Shown here piece by piece: positions 50,001 to 61,700 of a stretch of DNA of 64,000 nucleotides. The notes under the pieces are model-generated. The model did no database searches, had not been told where the DNA came from, and saw only the letters and a list, made by a program, of their open reading frames with translations. Origin of the DNA: Octopus bimaculoides (taxonomy: Eukaryota); NCBI RefSeq assembly GCF_001194135.2, contig NC_068982.1, positions 177,987,589 through 178,051,588 of the forward strand. The letters are read 5' to 3'. Positions within the stretch are counted from its first letter, which is position 1; every line of letters begins with the position of its first letter. The position numbers and the translations under genes were made by a program.

Positions 50001-52537
50001 TGATCTTTTGAGACTGACAAATGCCATCAAATTGTTATACTTCTCCCCCAACAATGTCTTGATACTTTTTAGTACACTACTTTGCAGTGTAGTATATCTT
50101 GTGCCTCTGGTCAGGGTAAGCATAAATTCAAAGCTAACATGAGACATATGAATGAAATAAGAAGAAAAGGAAAAAGAAAAAAAAATTGTAAGATAGAGAA
50201 AGACAGAAGTCAATCAACATGTAATAAACCCTGAAGTTTATATGACCTTGTCATTGACTAACAGTTGCAGTGGAACTGTTTGAGTAATCAGATCAGTGGT
50301 GTGCCAAAAATTTTTAACACCTCAAGAAATAAATGGAAAGTGAATTGAACAGATTTTGTGTGCTTTTAAATAGATAAAATGGCATTTCTATGACATAAAT
50401 GCTTTTCCAGATCATTTACATAATATACAACATTCAACCTGGAACTCTTACAGTCAGCCCTTTACATAAACTAGTTTTATTAAATATTTTTAAAAACATA
50501 ACAGATAACATCTTACTTTCTGTTCTTTAACAATTTCTTTAAGGGTTATGTGGTGGCTTCGGCTTACAGATGATGATTTGTAAAAATTCACTAAAGCTCC
50601 AAGTGTTGGGAATTTATCTGACTCCCATATAAAATGACCATCATTCTGTTTGTATATTTTGAAATGTTGTACTTCACACATGTATCTGAGAAAAGAAATT
50701 AAGAAAATATTATTTATGCAAAACTTGAAATTAACAATACATTTGAATAAAAGACAGCAATGTTTTTAATTTTCACTGGTTTTTCTCAATAACAATAAAT
50801 AAACTGGGCTTTAAGACCCGTTCCACTCTAAGTGAACATTTAGTCATTTTACATATATTACAATTTTGTAAATTAATATGTTTTACACATGAGCAAATAT
50901 AATACAGTGCAAATGGAAGTCATTACCATAATCAATCAAATCCTTGTTTTCTTGCCCATTCAAATGATAGGGGCTACATCAAAGAATATTTTCAAGCTAC
51001 CCAAGTATTGTGTCACATGCAAGTAGCCTGCTCCAACTTATCCTAAGACAAACTGTCATAAATGTCCTTAATAAAATTTTCGTTTACTTTTTCATGTAAT
51101 TTATAATCATGCTTTCATATATATTAATAATTTAACTTATCACTTTGATACCCAACAAAACTTTCTTTTCTTAGAAGGGGTCTGCAACACCTCTTGTGAA
51201 TCCACCCCAGCTTTCATTAATGGAAACATCAAAATATTTTGCAACAGGAATTTTGGGTCTTGTTGAAGCTCATCAAAATTTACATTACATTATTCCAAGG
51301 AATAAGACTCAAAACACTGCACCCTGGCTGAGTCAAAATCTTGTTGGGCCACTCCATCACACAGTTTATAGACAGCAGATTCAGTTTAATGATTACTTAT
51401 TAACTCAAATATATTTAAGACTTCAGTAACTAATTACACCCTCTTCCTTCTCTAAATTAACTGCCTTTTTACTATCACTAATAACAGCATAGATCACATC
51501 CTCTGATTCTTGCTTGGTGTATGTGAACAGGCCTTGTTCCTCATATGACCACAGCCTCTCTCTAATATACACATATCCTCTTCATAATCACAGACTTGTT
51601 TGAAAAATATTGATGGAGAGATTGAGAAAACTTTAGTGTGGGTAATGGTCATAGTTCTAAATTTTTGATAACTTGATAACTGTATAAAGTTCAAATACTC
51701 CTTACTCTGTACAATACAGATCATCAGGATGGAATACTTGCTACAGACACTTACACAATCATAATCTCTCTCTCTCTCTCTCTCTCTCATTGCATTCAAG
51801 AAAAATATCTGTACTGATTGATAGGCAATTTGATCAATACTCTTTAATCACAATTCTACTCGTACATCAATGGGTTCTTTCTAATTAATTTACATACTAA
51901 ATTACATTCATTGTGTACATAAAATGATGCTTTCACTTTCTTTCTGCTTTCTCACTACAGTAATCCCTCAACTATCGCAGGTGTTACATTTCAAAATCTC
52001 TCATGATAGGTAAAAATCCATGAAGAAGAAACAGTACTGAACTATATTTTTAAAAATCATTTTTATAATTTGTATATATTCATTTCATCATAAATACAAA
52101 ACAACACTACAGAGGAATCGATATAAGCTTAAATAATAAACCACATTAAGTGAACCGCTAAATGGCAAAGGATTACTGTAAACCTTATACAAATTCTTTC
52201 CTTAGTCTATCTTGGGACTTTACAATCACTGAAACAACTCAAACTGAACATTTTTTTATCTTTATCCCCTGCATTTATAAAATGATATATAAAAGCTATT
52301 AGCTCTACCTCTCTGCTTAGTATGATGAAAAAAGTAAAAAAAAAACAATAAATACACAAAGTTTTTATATATGAAAAATATCCTAAAACTTACTTGACAG
52401 ACAAACTATGTTCTCCTTCTTGTCGACCTTTCCTCACAAGGAAGGCACCATCACCATTGACATACTGCATGTTGTTATTCTTAGCCAAAAGCATTCTTTC
52501 TGCCTCTTGCCGCGTAACGTCTAACATCAACCAATTG
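43142..52537 (-). CDS. GRB2-like: GRB2/drk/GRAP-family SH2-SH3 adaptor (partial; exons 52537-52394, 50685-50517, 43312-43142)
   Basis: SH2 (W..TRQEAE..GAFLVR..SLSVK..VQHFK..FIW..KF.TL..LV.FYKSSSVSR..I.LK) followed by SH3. Intron phases 2/2/0 and the 169-nt second SH2 exon match the recalled GRB2 gene structure. Orthology to GRB2 itself is uncertain. Confidence 0.88.
43525..44760 (-). mobile_element. BovB-like RTE LINE fragment in the last GRB2-like intron
   Basis: LKTLVWPVAWYGWESWTIK..KLKAFE..RKILSITWT..KLQYFGHVIR; GCV and QFAD RT remnants. Confidence 0.82.
44873..45119. mobile_element. Palindromic Penelope-like mini-insertion with two opposed hammerhead-like motifs
   Basis: 14-bp TSD actttactgaactt (44859-44872, 45120-45133); ~98-bp inverted arms; (taaataatg)n tail; CTGATGA...GAAAC boxes. 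Confidence 0.78.
45019..45062 (+). ncRNA. Degenerate minimal type I hammerhead ribozyme motif
   Basis: ACAC-CUGAUGA-A-[AACUG..CAGCC]-GAAAC-GUU/GUGU; stem II has two mismatches here but is perfect in the opposite arm. Confidence 0.55.
47199..47405 (+). mobile_element. Young RTE 3'-tail copy
   Basis: Near-identical to 48492-48700(-). Confidence 0.88.
47410..48240 (-). mobile_element. hAT (Charlie/Buster-like) transposase remnant
   Basis: LCHENEEFEHLLLCTE, YELCDTILEFF and LKDMMIGFKDFDELKI..W in broken frames. Confidence 0.6.
48492..48790 (-). mobile_element. Young RTE 3'-end copy
   Basis: Tail + minisatellite unit. Confidence 0.88.
49160..49560 (-). mobile_element. RTE RT fragment
   Basis: PAIKVDSCM..AEML..RVNHIVWEGVILND*CSSIIVN. 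Confidence 0.6.
49600..50030 (+). mobile_element. LINE 3' end with C2H2-like remnant (RTE/RTE-X type)
   Basis: GRILKDLLHGEL..DTCKRDMK..CSHCMQDFHSHVGL. Confidence 0.6.
50517..50685 (-). CDS. GRB2-like: GRB2-like SH2 exon 2 (YMCEVQHFKIYKQNDGHFIWESDKFPTLGALVNFYKSSSVSRSHHITLKEIVKEQK)
   Basis: ttttctcAG / GTAAGA; VQHFK and SVSR motifs. Confidence 0.92.
51958..52178. mobile_element. Tigger/pogo-like MITE
   Basis: TA|cagtaatcc...ggattactg|TA. Confidence 0.7.
52394..52537 (-). CDS. GRB2-like: GRB2-like SH2 exon 1 (NWLMLDVTRQEAERMLLAKNNNMQYVNGDGAFLVRKGRQEGEHSLSV)
   Basis: T-rich tract+aAG acceptor, GTAAGT donor, FLVR motif. Confidence 0.9.
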
Positions 52538-55444
52538 CTTAAAAAAGAAAAACAACAAAAACATAATACCTTTTATCTTCTACAAAGGTAAAGTGAAGAT
52601 TAAAGCTGGTAGTCTGTAAGCTGAGAGTTCTCATCCAGTTCCAACTACTTCACAAGTCTTGTCAATATTGTTATTATTTAACCATTATTATTACTACTAC
52701 TAATTTTACATGATTCTTCTACATAAGTCAGACACATTTCCAGAGACAGATTTCTGTCCTCCTTAACAACAAAATTAAACACTAATTGTCTTAAAAATAT
52801 GTTGAATATTAAAGCAACACAGTATAAACAGTATTTACATCTCGGTTCATTACAATGTTCCTTACACTATCTTCAATCAGAATAGTCAAGAAATAATGCA
52901 CATCTTGGTCAAACTCCTAAATTTTCCTCTCTCAACAAGAAGTCTCTGCAATAACCAGTAAGGTCTCTGTAAAGCCAGGACTACTGAAGACTCCACTTTC
53001 TAAATTTATGGGATCCAGTTGCCTCTCATCTTTTAGAATGAAAGTTCCCTGTCAGACTGCACATTAAAGTGTGTTAGTTGGGTTCCAACCAATTTCATGC
53101 AATTGTACTGTTCAGCAATATCTTCCACATTCCTCTTCCTGTAAAAAAATTTTATATTTCTAACATCATGCACTCCTAGACAGATGAAGTCATTCTTCAT
53201 TCTTCTTTAATGTTCTGCTCACATTTAATTCAAACACCCAATTCATACCAAAACCTGTGCTGTGTCGATTAACAGAGACCATCATCACATCTTTTGATAG
53301 AGACATTATAATCTGGTCTCTTAACAGCTAACAGGATGTCTCCAATCCAAGAGATCAGAGATGGATGGAACCCACACATCAGCAGTTTAGCTAAGAAACT
53401 TGCATGCCAAACACAGTCAATGTTTTGCTAATGTTAAGTGCAATAATACCATTTTCACCATATACTATGATACTACTAGCAACACATCTGAAATTAATTA
53501 AGCAATATCACAGAGCTAATATTACCTACAACAAACCAGTTGTACTCTTGGTGTTCGGTTTACCTCTAGGCTGCTCTTTTTATTTCAATTAAATAACCAG
53601 TTCAATGGCAATTATGGAACAACTACCCACTAACAACAAATGTCTGTCTGATAGGTTGAAAACACAGTTGTAAATTACTAATAAGAGAAAGGTGTGAAAG
53701 TTTAAAATCTCCTTTAAGAGTTATTTGGTAAAGAACTATAACATAGAAGACAACTAGGTGTTCCTAAGTGACAACCTTCTATAAGCTACTTACTGGCTTT
53801 GAATATGTAGCATTCAAAGTAGTATTCTGCAACAGTTAGATGCAGTGGATACAGTGACAGAATATTACAGTGAATGGGACTAGAAGACAGGGAGTTTTAA
53901 GGAGCAGTACCACCAAGATGGGTGTATTTAGTAAAGTAAGAAGCTTAGAATAGAAGGTTAGCTGAAATTGTGCACCATGAAAATCAGAGGTGTAAGTGTT
54001 TCAAATCACAAGATGAAGAAGGATATAATTTGAAAGAAATATGTTCAACTTTGGAGCATTTTGCCCATTGCTATGTTCTGAGTTCAAATTCCGTTGAGGT
54101 CAATTTTGCCTTTCATCCTTTCGGGGTCGATAAATTAAGTACCAGTGAAACACTGGGGTTGATGTAATCAACTAGTTCCCTTTCCCAAATTTCAGACCTT
54201 GTGCCTATAATAGAAAGGATTTGCCATCAGTGATAAACAAAGAACTATGAGAGGTTGTGGAATCAGAAATAAGAAAAAAGAATACTTCAAATTAAAACTC
54301 ATGGTTCACTGGCAATGCTCAGACCCAATTGAAAATATTCACTAAGATCAAGCATTAGTACATGGCAGTGGTCCTCAACAGCTGGTTTTTGTTTCATTTG
54401 TTAGACGCTGGATTACTTCAATGTACAGTGGCATCTGCTCAGTAGTCAAACTAAACAGTCACTTAAAAGAACCATTTGAAATCATGTGCTCAGTCTGTTA
54501 AGAGTGTCCTTTTTCATCCCACCTATATGTGTTGGCTCTTGAACCATTGTTGCAGAAGCCAGAAGTGTTGAGAGGCATCTCACTTGAACTGTAATATGAG
54601 AAGGCTGTGTAATCAAATGTAGATGTCACCATCATGATATCGGGCACCACAGACGTGAGGTGGTTGGCACTTTACTAAAAGAATACAAGGTGGTAACAAG
54701 GGAACACATTAAGTAAGACAAGTACAGCATTAACATAATAAATTACAAGTTAAATGAAATGAAAATTTTATAAAAACCGAAAAAGTACAGGCTGTTTTCT
54801 GAAGCCACTATGCAAAAGACAATATTGATAGGTTATATTGATTCCATATACTGGAAGGATAGACCTTATCATTATAATGGATTGTGCTATAATATTCATT
54901 AATGATGGTACAAAATGTAGTGTGAGTTTTGTTAGTTGGTGGTGATTATGTAAAGTATATATTAGTTGTGCTATTACATTAAGTATTTGTGCATGTGTGG
55001 GTTGTGTACCTAATAGGCCTAAGTTTTTAGACTGTGTGTGAAATTGTAAGGATTGGTATAGATTATATGTCTATTTTATATGTCAGATCTTGTGCTCCAA
55101 TAATTACTGGCATTGATGTTTACTTTCATACTCCACATTCTACTTATTTCTGTTTTAAGACCTTTGTATCTTTTTTAACTTCATTTTGCTCAATACTTCA
55201 GACAGAAAGGGTTAAGATGCTTTTTTAGAAAACATAGACTATTATTCCTGTCATTAATCATGATATCTGTTCCCCAATATTTTCATCAGTCTGCTCAAGC
55301 ATGCCCATGATTATTACACCTGTTTAGTCATATGCTGGGTTTAGTACATATCAAATTATTCAAAGAACAGAGTTAACTAACCAATCATACTTCAAAATAA
55401 AACCAATCATATGTGGGGATCTATATTATCTTGACAAGGACTGG

Positions 55445-55486
<42 letters not shown>

Positions 55487-56226
55487 CGTGTGTACGCCCT
55501 TCTATTTTGGACTGTTGCTGGCTTTTACTCTGATTTCATTCCTCTTGATGGAATTTTATGCTATATTAGTGATGGAGTATTTTTTCCCTCCACTTTTTAA
55601 AAATATATTTGATAGTTCCAACTTCATGGATCTTGTTCATTTTTTTTTTATAACCTTTTTACTATTTTTTGTCCTAATCTAAACATTGTGCCTCAATGTA
55701 GTTAGCTTCCAAGATGTATTTTATTGTTACTTTATATTGAGAGAAAAGTTATTTTTCATGCACCCTTATTTCATTAATCTCTTTCCCTTCACCACTTTAA
55801 ATATTTTGGGGGTTTACAGTTGTTATCTGTGTCAAGTTCTGTCCTCTCTATAAGCATAATTCAAATACCCTATCAATATTGTCTTTAGCATAGTAACTTC
55901 AGAACAAGTAAAATTTTCTAGTTTTTCTGAAATCTTCACTCACTTTAACTTCCAATTATGTTGCTTCTGTAGTTTATGATTAGGGTAACTAACATATCTA
56001 CATCTGTTATCTTATCACTAGTGTTGAATATAGTTTCTCTTTCATTTCTGTGTTACATGTTATCAATTTCATGTTCGACTATTTGTAAGGGTGGTTCTAG
56101 TATAATTCTCTTATATCAACATTTAGAGCTAATTTAATGTTCTCAGTTCTAATTAATTTGTCTCCTCTGGGATTAGTTTTGGTGAAGGTGTCTAACAAGT
56201 ATCCTCTTTATATTGTAGTTAAATTC

Positions 56227-56657
56227 ATCATCATCATCATCATCGTCGTCGTCGTTTAACATCCGCTTTCCATGCTAGCATGGGTTGGACGATTTGACTG
56301 AGGACTGGTGAACCAGATGGCTACACCAAGCTCCAATCTGATTTGGCAGAGTCTCTACAGCTGGATGCCCTTCCTAACGCCAACCACTCCAGGAGTGCAG
56401 TGGGTGCTTTTACGTGCCACCGGCACGAAGGCCAGTCAGGCGGTACTGGCAACGGCCACGCTCAAAATGGTGTATTTTATGTGCCACCTGCACAAGAGCC
56501 AGTCCAGGGGCACTGGCAACGATCTCGCTCGAAAATCCTATGAAGGCCAGTCAGGCGGTACTGGCAACGGCCATGCTCAAAATGGTGTATTTTATGTGCC
56601 ACCCACACAAGAGCCAGTCCAGGGGCACTGGCAACGGTCTCGCTCGAAAATCCTTAC
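56227..56657 (-). mobile_element. RTE 3' end with two ~114-bp minisatellite units
   Basis: Tail plus tandem units 56428-56541 and 56542-56655. Confidence 0.88.
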
Positions 56658-57472
56658 ACATGTCACAGGCACAACTGCCAGAAAGGCAATGCTGGGCACA
56701 GGTGCTATCCCGATTTCGCTTTCGCTTGCCCCAACAATTATTTTTGAAGGTGCCCAAGCTGATCAATTAAATCAAACGGCAGTGTTTTGATAATACTTCA
56801 TACATTGGGGTTACCATGACAGCCCATCAAAGTTAGGCCTAAACAATTGTAGCAACTTTAAGGGTTTTAGTTGCAGATTATTAATGTGTAGAGAGAGTGA
56901 GTTAGTAATTATCATTGTGCTGTTGAAAGAAACTAATTTAAATAAATTTTGTTGAGTCCTGGGAGAGTCACTATGCCAATAATAATAACACATGCACAGG
57001 CTCACAGCTTTATTTATTAGTCAATTGGTTAGATATCTAATCAATTAACTAATCGGTTGTTAGTTTAAGATGTTGGTTAAACAATCACTTAGTTGTCTGT
57101 TCTCTCATTGCTGTTTGCAACCTTCACAGTGACCCATAACTCCCAACCCACCCAATCTTTCATTGTAAGTTAGTTGCAAAAGATCTATTGGGTAAATAAG
57201 TAGAAATGATTTCTCAATAGAGTGGGATAGGAGTAGATCTGTCTCTACCATAGTCTACTGGCCAAGTGCTTATCTGCAGTCTCTACTGTGTTGAGCAGAT
57301 GAAGAGGAAGACTACTTATGGACAGAATGTAAATATGTAGTTGGCAACATTTCCCACGGGAGGAACTGTATTCAATACTACAAACCAACAAACCATTCAT
57401 CGATTTTATACTTTAGCTGGTATATTTCACTGCTGTAAACAACGATATATACCATTTCATGGCATCTACCTA

Positions 57473-57687
57473 TGAGGGAGTGCTGAAAAGCTATTTTAAG
57501 GGTATTGCAAAAGGCCTAGCTAGAGGCCCAACCTTCTAAGTTCTTTTACAAAGCTTAGAAAAAGTGAAAGACTGTTGCAGTAAGTGTGTGAATCTGAGAC
57601 AGGAATATGTTGAATAAAGTCATAATTAACTGATCCTCCTGTATTTTCTTTTACCCAAAGCCAGGAACCTTTCAGTACCTCTTTGTA
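57473..57687 (+). mobile_element. mariner-derived MITE
   Basis: Degenerate TIRs (gagggagtgctgaaaag / cctttcagtacctc); C-terminal remnant KDCCSKCVNLRQEYVE*. Confidence 0.55.
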
Positions 57688-58599
57688 TAAGTGTGCAAAC
57701 TGACCCATTGAGAGTTAACTGCTTTGAACATTAACAAACTACTGTAAACTGCTGACCTCTTGGCAAAGTGTCTAGTTCGCTATTGATCACTATTGTTTTT
57801 TTTTTTTCTTTTTTTACATACAATAAAATGATAATTATGATGATGATAAACAGAGAAATTAACATGTAGAAGATGAAGAAAGCATGATAGTAAAACTATT
57901 ACTACTTTGACATAAAAACAAAAGTAAATGAAAACAGTTATTGGTAAAGTCCATTACTACTTTATCACAACAATTATGCATCATGATAGTGCAGCACTAA
58001 TCATTAATATGCTATCTTAGTAATAACTGTTGCTAATACAAGCAAGGCCACAAACATTGGAAAAAGGATTAGTCAATAATCTCAGCCTAGTATTTTACTG
58101 GTCCTTTATTTTTATCAACCTTAGAAGGCAATGTTGACCTGAGTGGGATTTAACTCAAAATATAAGGAACCAAAACAAATACCACATGCCATTCTGTCCA
58201 ATGCTCTAATGATTCCACCAATCAACTGCTCTTGCCATCTCAAAAATACCAAAGCAAATTTAGAATTTTTAGCTGTTTGTGGATGCTATTATAAACGATA
58301 CCCATTTTTCTACAAAAAGGCAGATTGATAGATCCACAAAGTTATCCTATATGGGCTAAGTCTGCAGATTACTGGTTGAAGTGTTTGTCAAAAAAAGCAT
58401 TGAATACTGATATGTAATATAAATCCCAGCTGCATAGAATTAATTTCAAATCTGGCCTGAGCTAATGTGACAAGGGTTATTTTGGCTTAAACTCACTTCC
58501 TGGTTTATCAGGTTTAGATCTCAGTTTTACCTTTATTTTAGATAAGTGTGCTGATGTACTTTTAATCAATAAAACATTACAAGGGAAGCTAATAATCCC

Positions 58600-61500
58600 T
58601 TTCAAAAGTTGTTATAATTTCATCAAAACATTGAATGTACAACCCAACATAGGTTAATGGTTAGTGATTTCAGACTTAGAGCCAAAAGGACAAGGCCATA
58701 TCCTACTCAGCAAGAGTTTGCAAAAGAAAGAAATGGAAAATCAAAGACCCAGCAACAGTCAGAAATTTAGAGAAACTCTAGTTGGAACATTTGACAAAAA
58801 GGAGGAAAAGTTAGAGACATGGACAAGTGGAAGTTCCTATAGGACAACCTACTGAAAATTACACACTAAATCTGTGATTGATGTAAAGTTTCAGCCAGAC
58901 CTAGGCTGACATGGTGGAACAGTGAGGTAGATAGAGATATAAAATGCAAAAACACAGGCCTGAAAAAACTGGGAAAATGGTAGTAGCACAGAATTATAAC
59001 AGGTAGTCAGAAGGGAAGCCTGGTAACAGGTTTACATTGCGAAAGGAGGAGCAGAAAGCAAGATTTGCATATATTTTACAGTATGAGGATCAGAGGTATG
59101 AAGTATTCACAAAGAATCAAGATGTTATAGGTGATACATGTATGCAAATGGATAATGGTACACTGGCATTTAGTAATTCTGAAAAGAAAGAGGCATGGAA
59201 GTGCTAGTATGAAAGGCTATTAGATGTGGAGAACACCTGGAAGAAAGAGTGTCTTCTCAATGTGAATCCAATAGAGTAGATGAGATGCAGTTTGGTGTCG
59301 TACCAGAGAAGTACTACTGATGCCATCTTCCTAGTAAAACAACTACAGGAGAAATATTTAGCAAAATGTACAAGGAATTCATCAACCTGGAGAAAGCTTT
59401 TGATAAGAGTCCTTCATTCTGTGATCCGATGGTCTCTGAGAAAATAGGAGTAGATGGATGGCTTGTGAGGTGAGAATCAACAATGAATTTAGAGTACAAG
59501 TAGGAGTTTACTATGGCTCAATACTCAGTCGCCTCTTATTCATTATAGTTTGCCAGGAATTTAAGACAAGCTGGCCTTGAGGACAATTATATGCTGATGA
59601 CTTCATTCTTATAGCAGAATCTGTAGTAGAATTTTTTGTGGAAGCAAAACTTAGAATTAAATGGCCTTAAAGTTAACTTAGCAAAAGACCAAAATTCTAG
59701 TAAGTAAGAAAACATATATGACCATCTCCCTGTCAGGTATATGGCCCTACTCGACATATAGGAAAGGTGTAGGCAAGAATTCAATACTATGTACCCAGTG
59801 CAAGCTCTGGACACACAAGAAGTGCAGTGGAATCACAGAAAGTTTAACAAAGAGAGAATCTTTGTATGTAGATGTGCAGGAGCTATAAACACTAATGACA
59901 AAGAGAAAAGAATTTTCTCAAAGGTCTATGAGGCTCCCTAGAGGTAGTAGATAGTTTCTGTTAGTGAGGTGACATAATTTACAGTGGAGAAGAATATTCT
60001 GAAAATATAGTTGATAGAAATGGAACAGGATGGAGGAGTCCAGGAAGCTATTACTTCAGTTGACAACCAAAGGTCTCTCTTTCAGATTGAAAGGCAGATT
60101 GTATGACACGTGTATGAACAGCAATGCTACATGGTAATGTGACATGAGTTGTGAATGCAGAGGACATGCAAAGACTAGAAAGGAATGAAATCAGTATGCT
60201 CTGTTGGTTATGCAATGTCAGTGTGCATAAACAACAGTGAAAATGTACTATGAGAAAAAACAAGTATAAGAGGAATCAGAGGTAGCATGCAAGAGAAGAG
60301 ACTGTGCTCGTCTGGTCATATAATGACTATGGATGTAGACAGCTGTATCAAGAGGTGTCAATAGTCTTAAGTGGATCGAACTTGTGGAAGAGGGAGATCC
60401 AGAAAGATGGGGGATGAAGTAATGAAGGCTGATCTCAACTTGCTGAACTCCATAGAGGAAATGATAAAGAACCAAGATGACTGTTGATTCACTGTGCTTG
60501 AGAAGACCCATCTGTCATAGCAAAAGTGAGGTCCCAAAAGCATTATGCTTATGCCTGTACATGCTGGACCCTGCACTTAATTTGCCTTTGTCAAGCATTT
60601 CCCTGCATCTCATCTTCCTAACAACAATCTCACTACCACTCTATGGCATTACTCAGCTACTGCAATTATTTGCCAATTCTGCTCTCAATTGAGAGCAGAA
60701 ATGACACATGTTCCATCCTTCTTTTTGCACTACCAGTTACCTTCTTCCCCACCTGGAAACACTTACTTTTAAACTCCTTCCCTTATCCTCATTATCATCC
60801 TTTACCACACTATTTTCCACCAATCACTCATTTTCTGTGTTTTCAGTTATCTCTCTCTCTCTCTCTCTCTCCCCTCTGAGCCACATCTTCAGTCACATTT
60901 TTTGTATCTATTATCATTCCCAACACCCTTTCATATCCATTATCAATGCCCCTTCTCACCACTGTTAGACCACTCACTAAACTACACCTCATGTACTTTT
61001 GACTTCTACCTCTGTCACTGTACATCTCCCTCTCCCTTCACACTCTGCACATTATCTACCAAAAATATTTACAATCTATCAACAGATTTACAATACTGCT
61101 TGCTGCTCTCCACTCATACTGTGTCATTGCTTGTCACTTCCCCCTTCCTAAACCACTTCTATCTCTCTCACTTTTCCCCCCTTCATACTGATATTTATTA
61201 TCCAACCACACCTCCATCCTTGTTCATCTCTAATTACAGCTACCTCTATTGCTGACTCTAACCATCTGTCACACTCCACTAACATTCTTATGAAATTTCC
61301 CACCCTTTCCCTTCTTCCCTGATTCACCCTGAGAGTATGCTCTGGCACCCCATCATTACTGTCTTTATCTTCTTTCCACCTACTCTCACCCACTCTCATA
61401 TATTGTAACCATGTTTCTCCTCTCAATGGCAAGACACCTGTGCTTGATTCTCTATCATACTTTAGCCTTCAACACTTGGCTTAAAGCCACCTCCTCCTCC

Positions 61501-61700
61501 TAAATACACTCTCACTTGGTCAAGAGGGCTTTTACCCTTTTTATTCATTATTTTTTTTTTGTCTTGCTAGTTACTTGGTGTCCTCACACTTTAGAAACCA
61601 TGCCAAAGCTGACAATGGAGCTTCACACAGCCAGAGATCACCAAATCCTGTCAAATCCATGCCAGCACAGAAAACAGATTTTAAATGATAATTATGATGA
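58600..61700 (+). mobile_element. Old RTE LINE (RT, C-terminus, CT-rich 3'UTR, shared terminal tail)
   Basis: MVSDFRL, TWWNSEVD, MQFG, LEKAFD, YADD, CTQCKLWTHKKCSGI and RLERNE in broken frames; CT-rich 60560-61480; tail ...atgccagcacagaaaacagattttaaatgat. Confidence 0.85.

Noticed and set aside
52570-52579. 10-nt microexon (AG...GT) upstream of the SH2 exon
   Set aside because: The implied intron is only 32 nt.
55685-55730. Minus-strand ANYIE peptide as the missing N-SH3 exon
   Set aside because: No W or G.IP motif and no usable splice sites.
56400-56660. Regular ~45-115-bp repeats resembling a CRISPR array (also 1-190, 31940-32130)
   Set aside because: No unique spacers, eukaryotic context, and they are part of the RTE 3'UTR.
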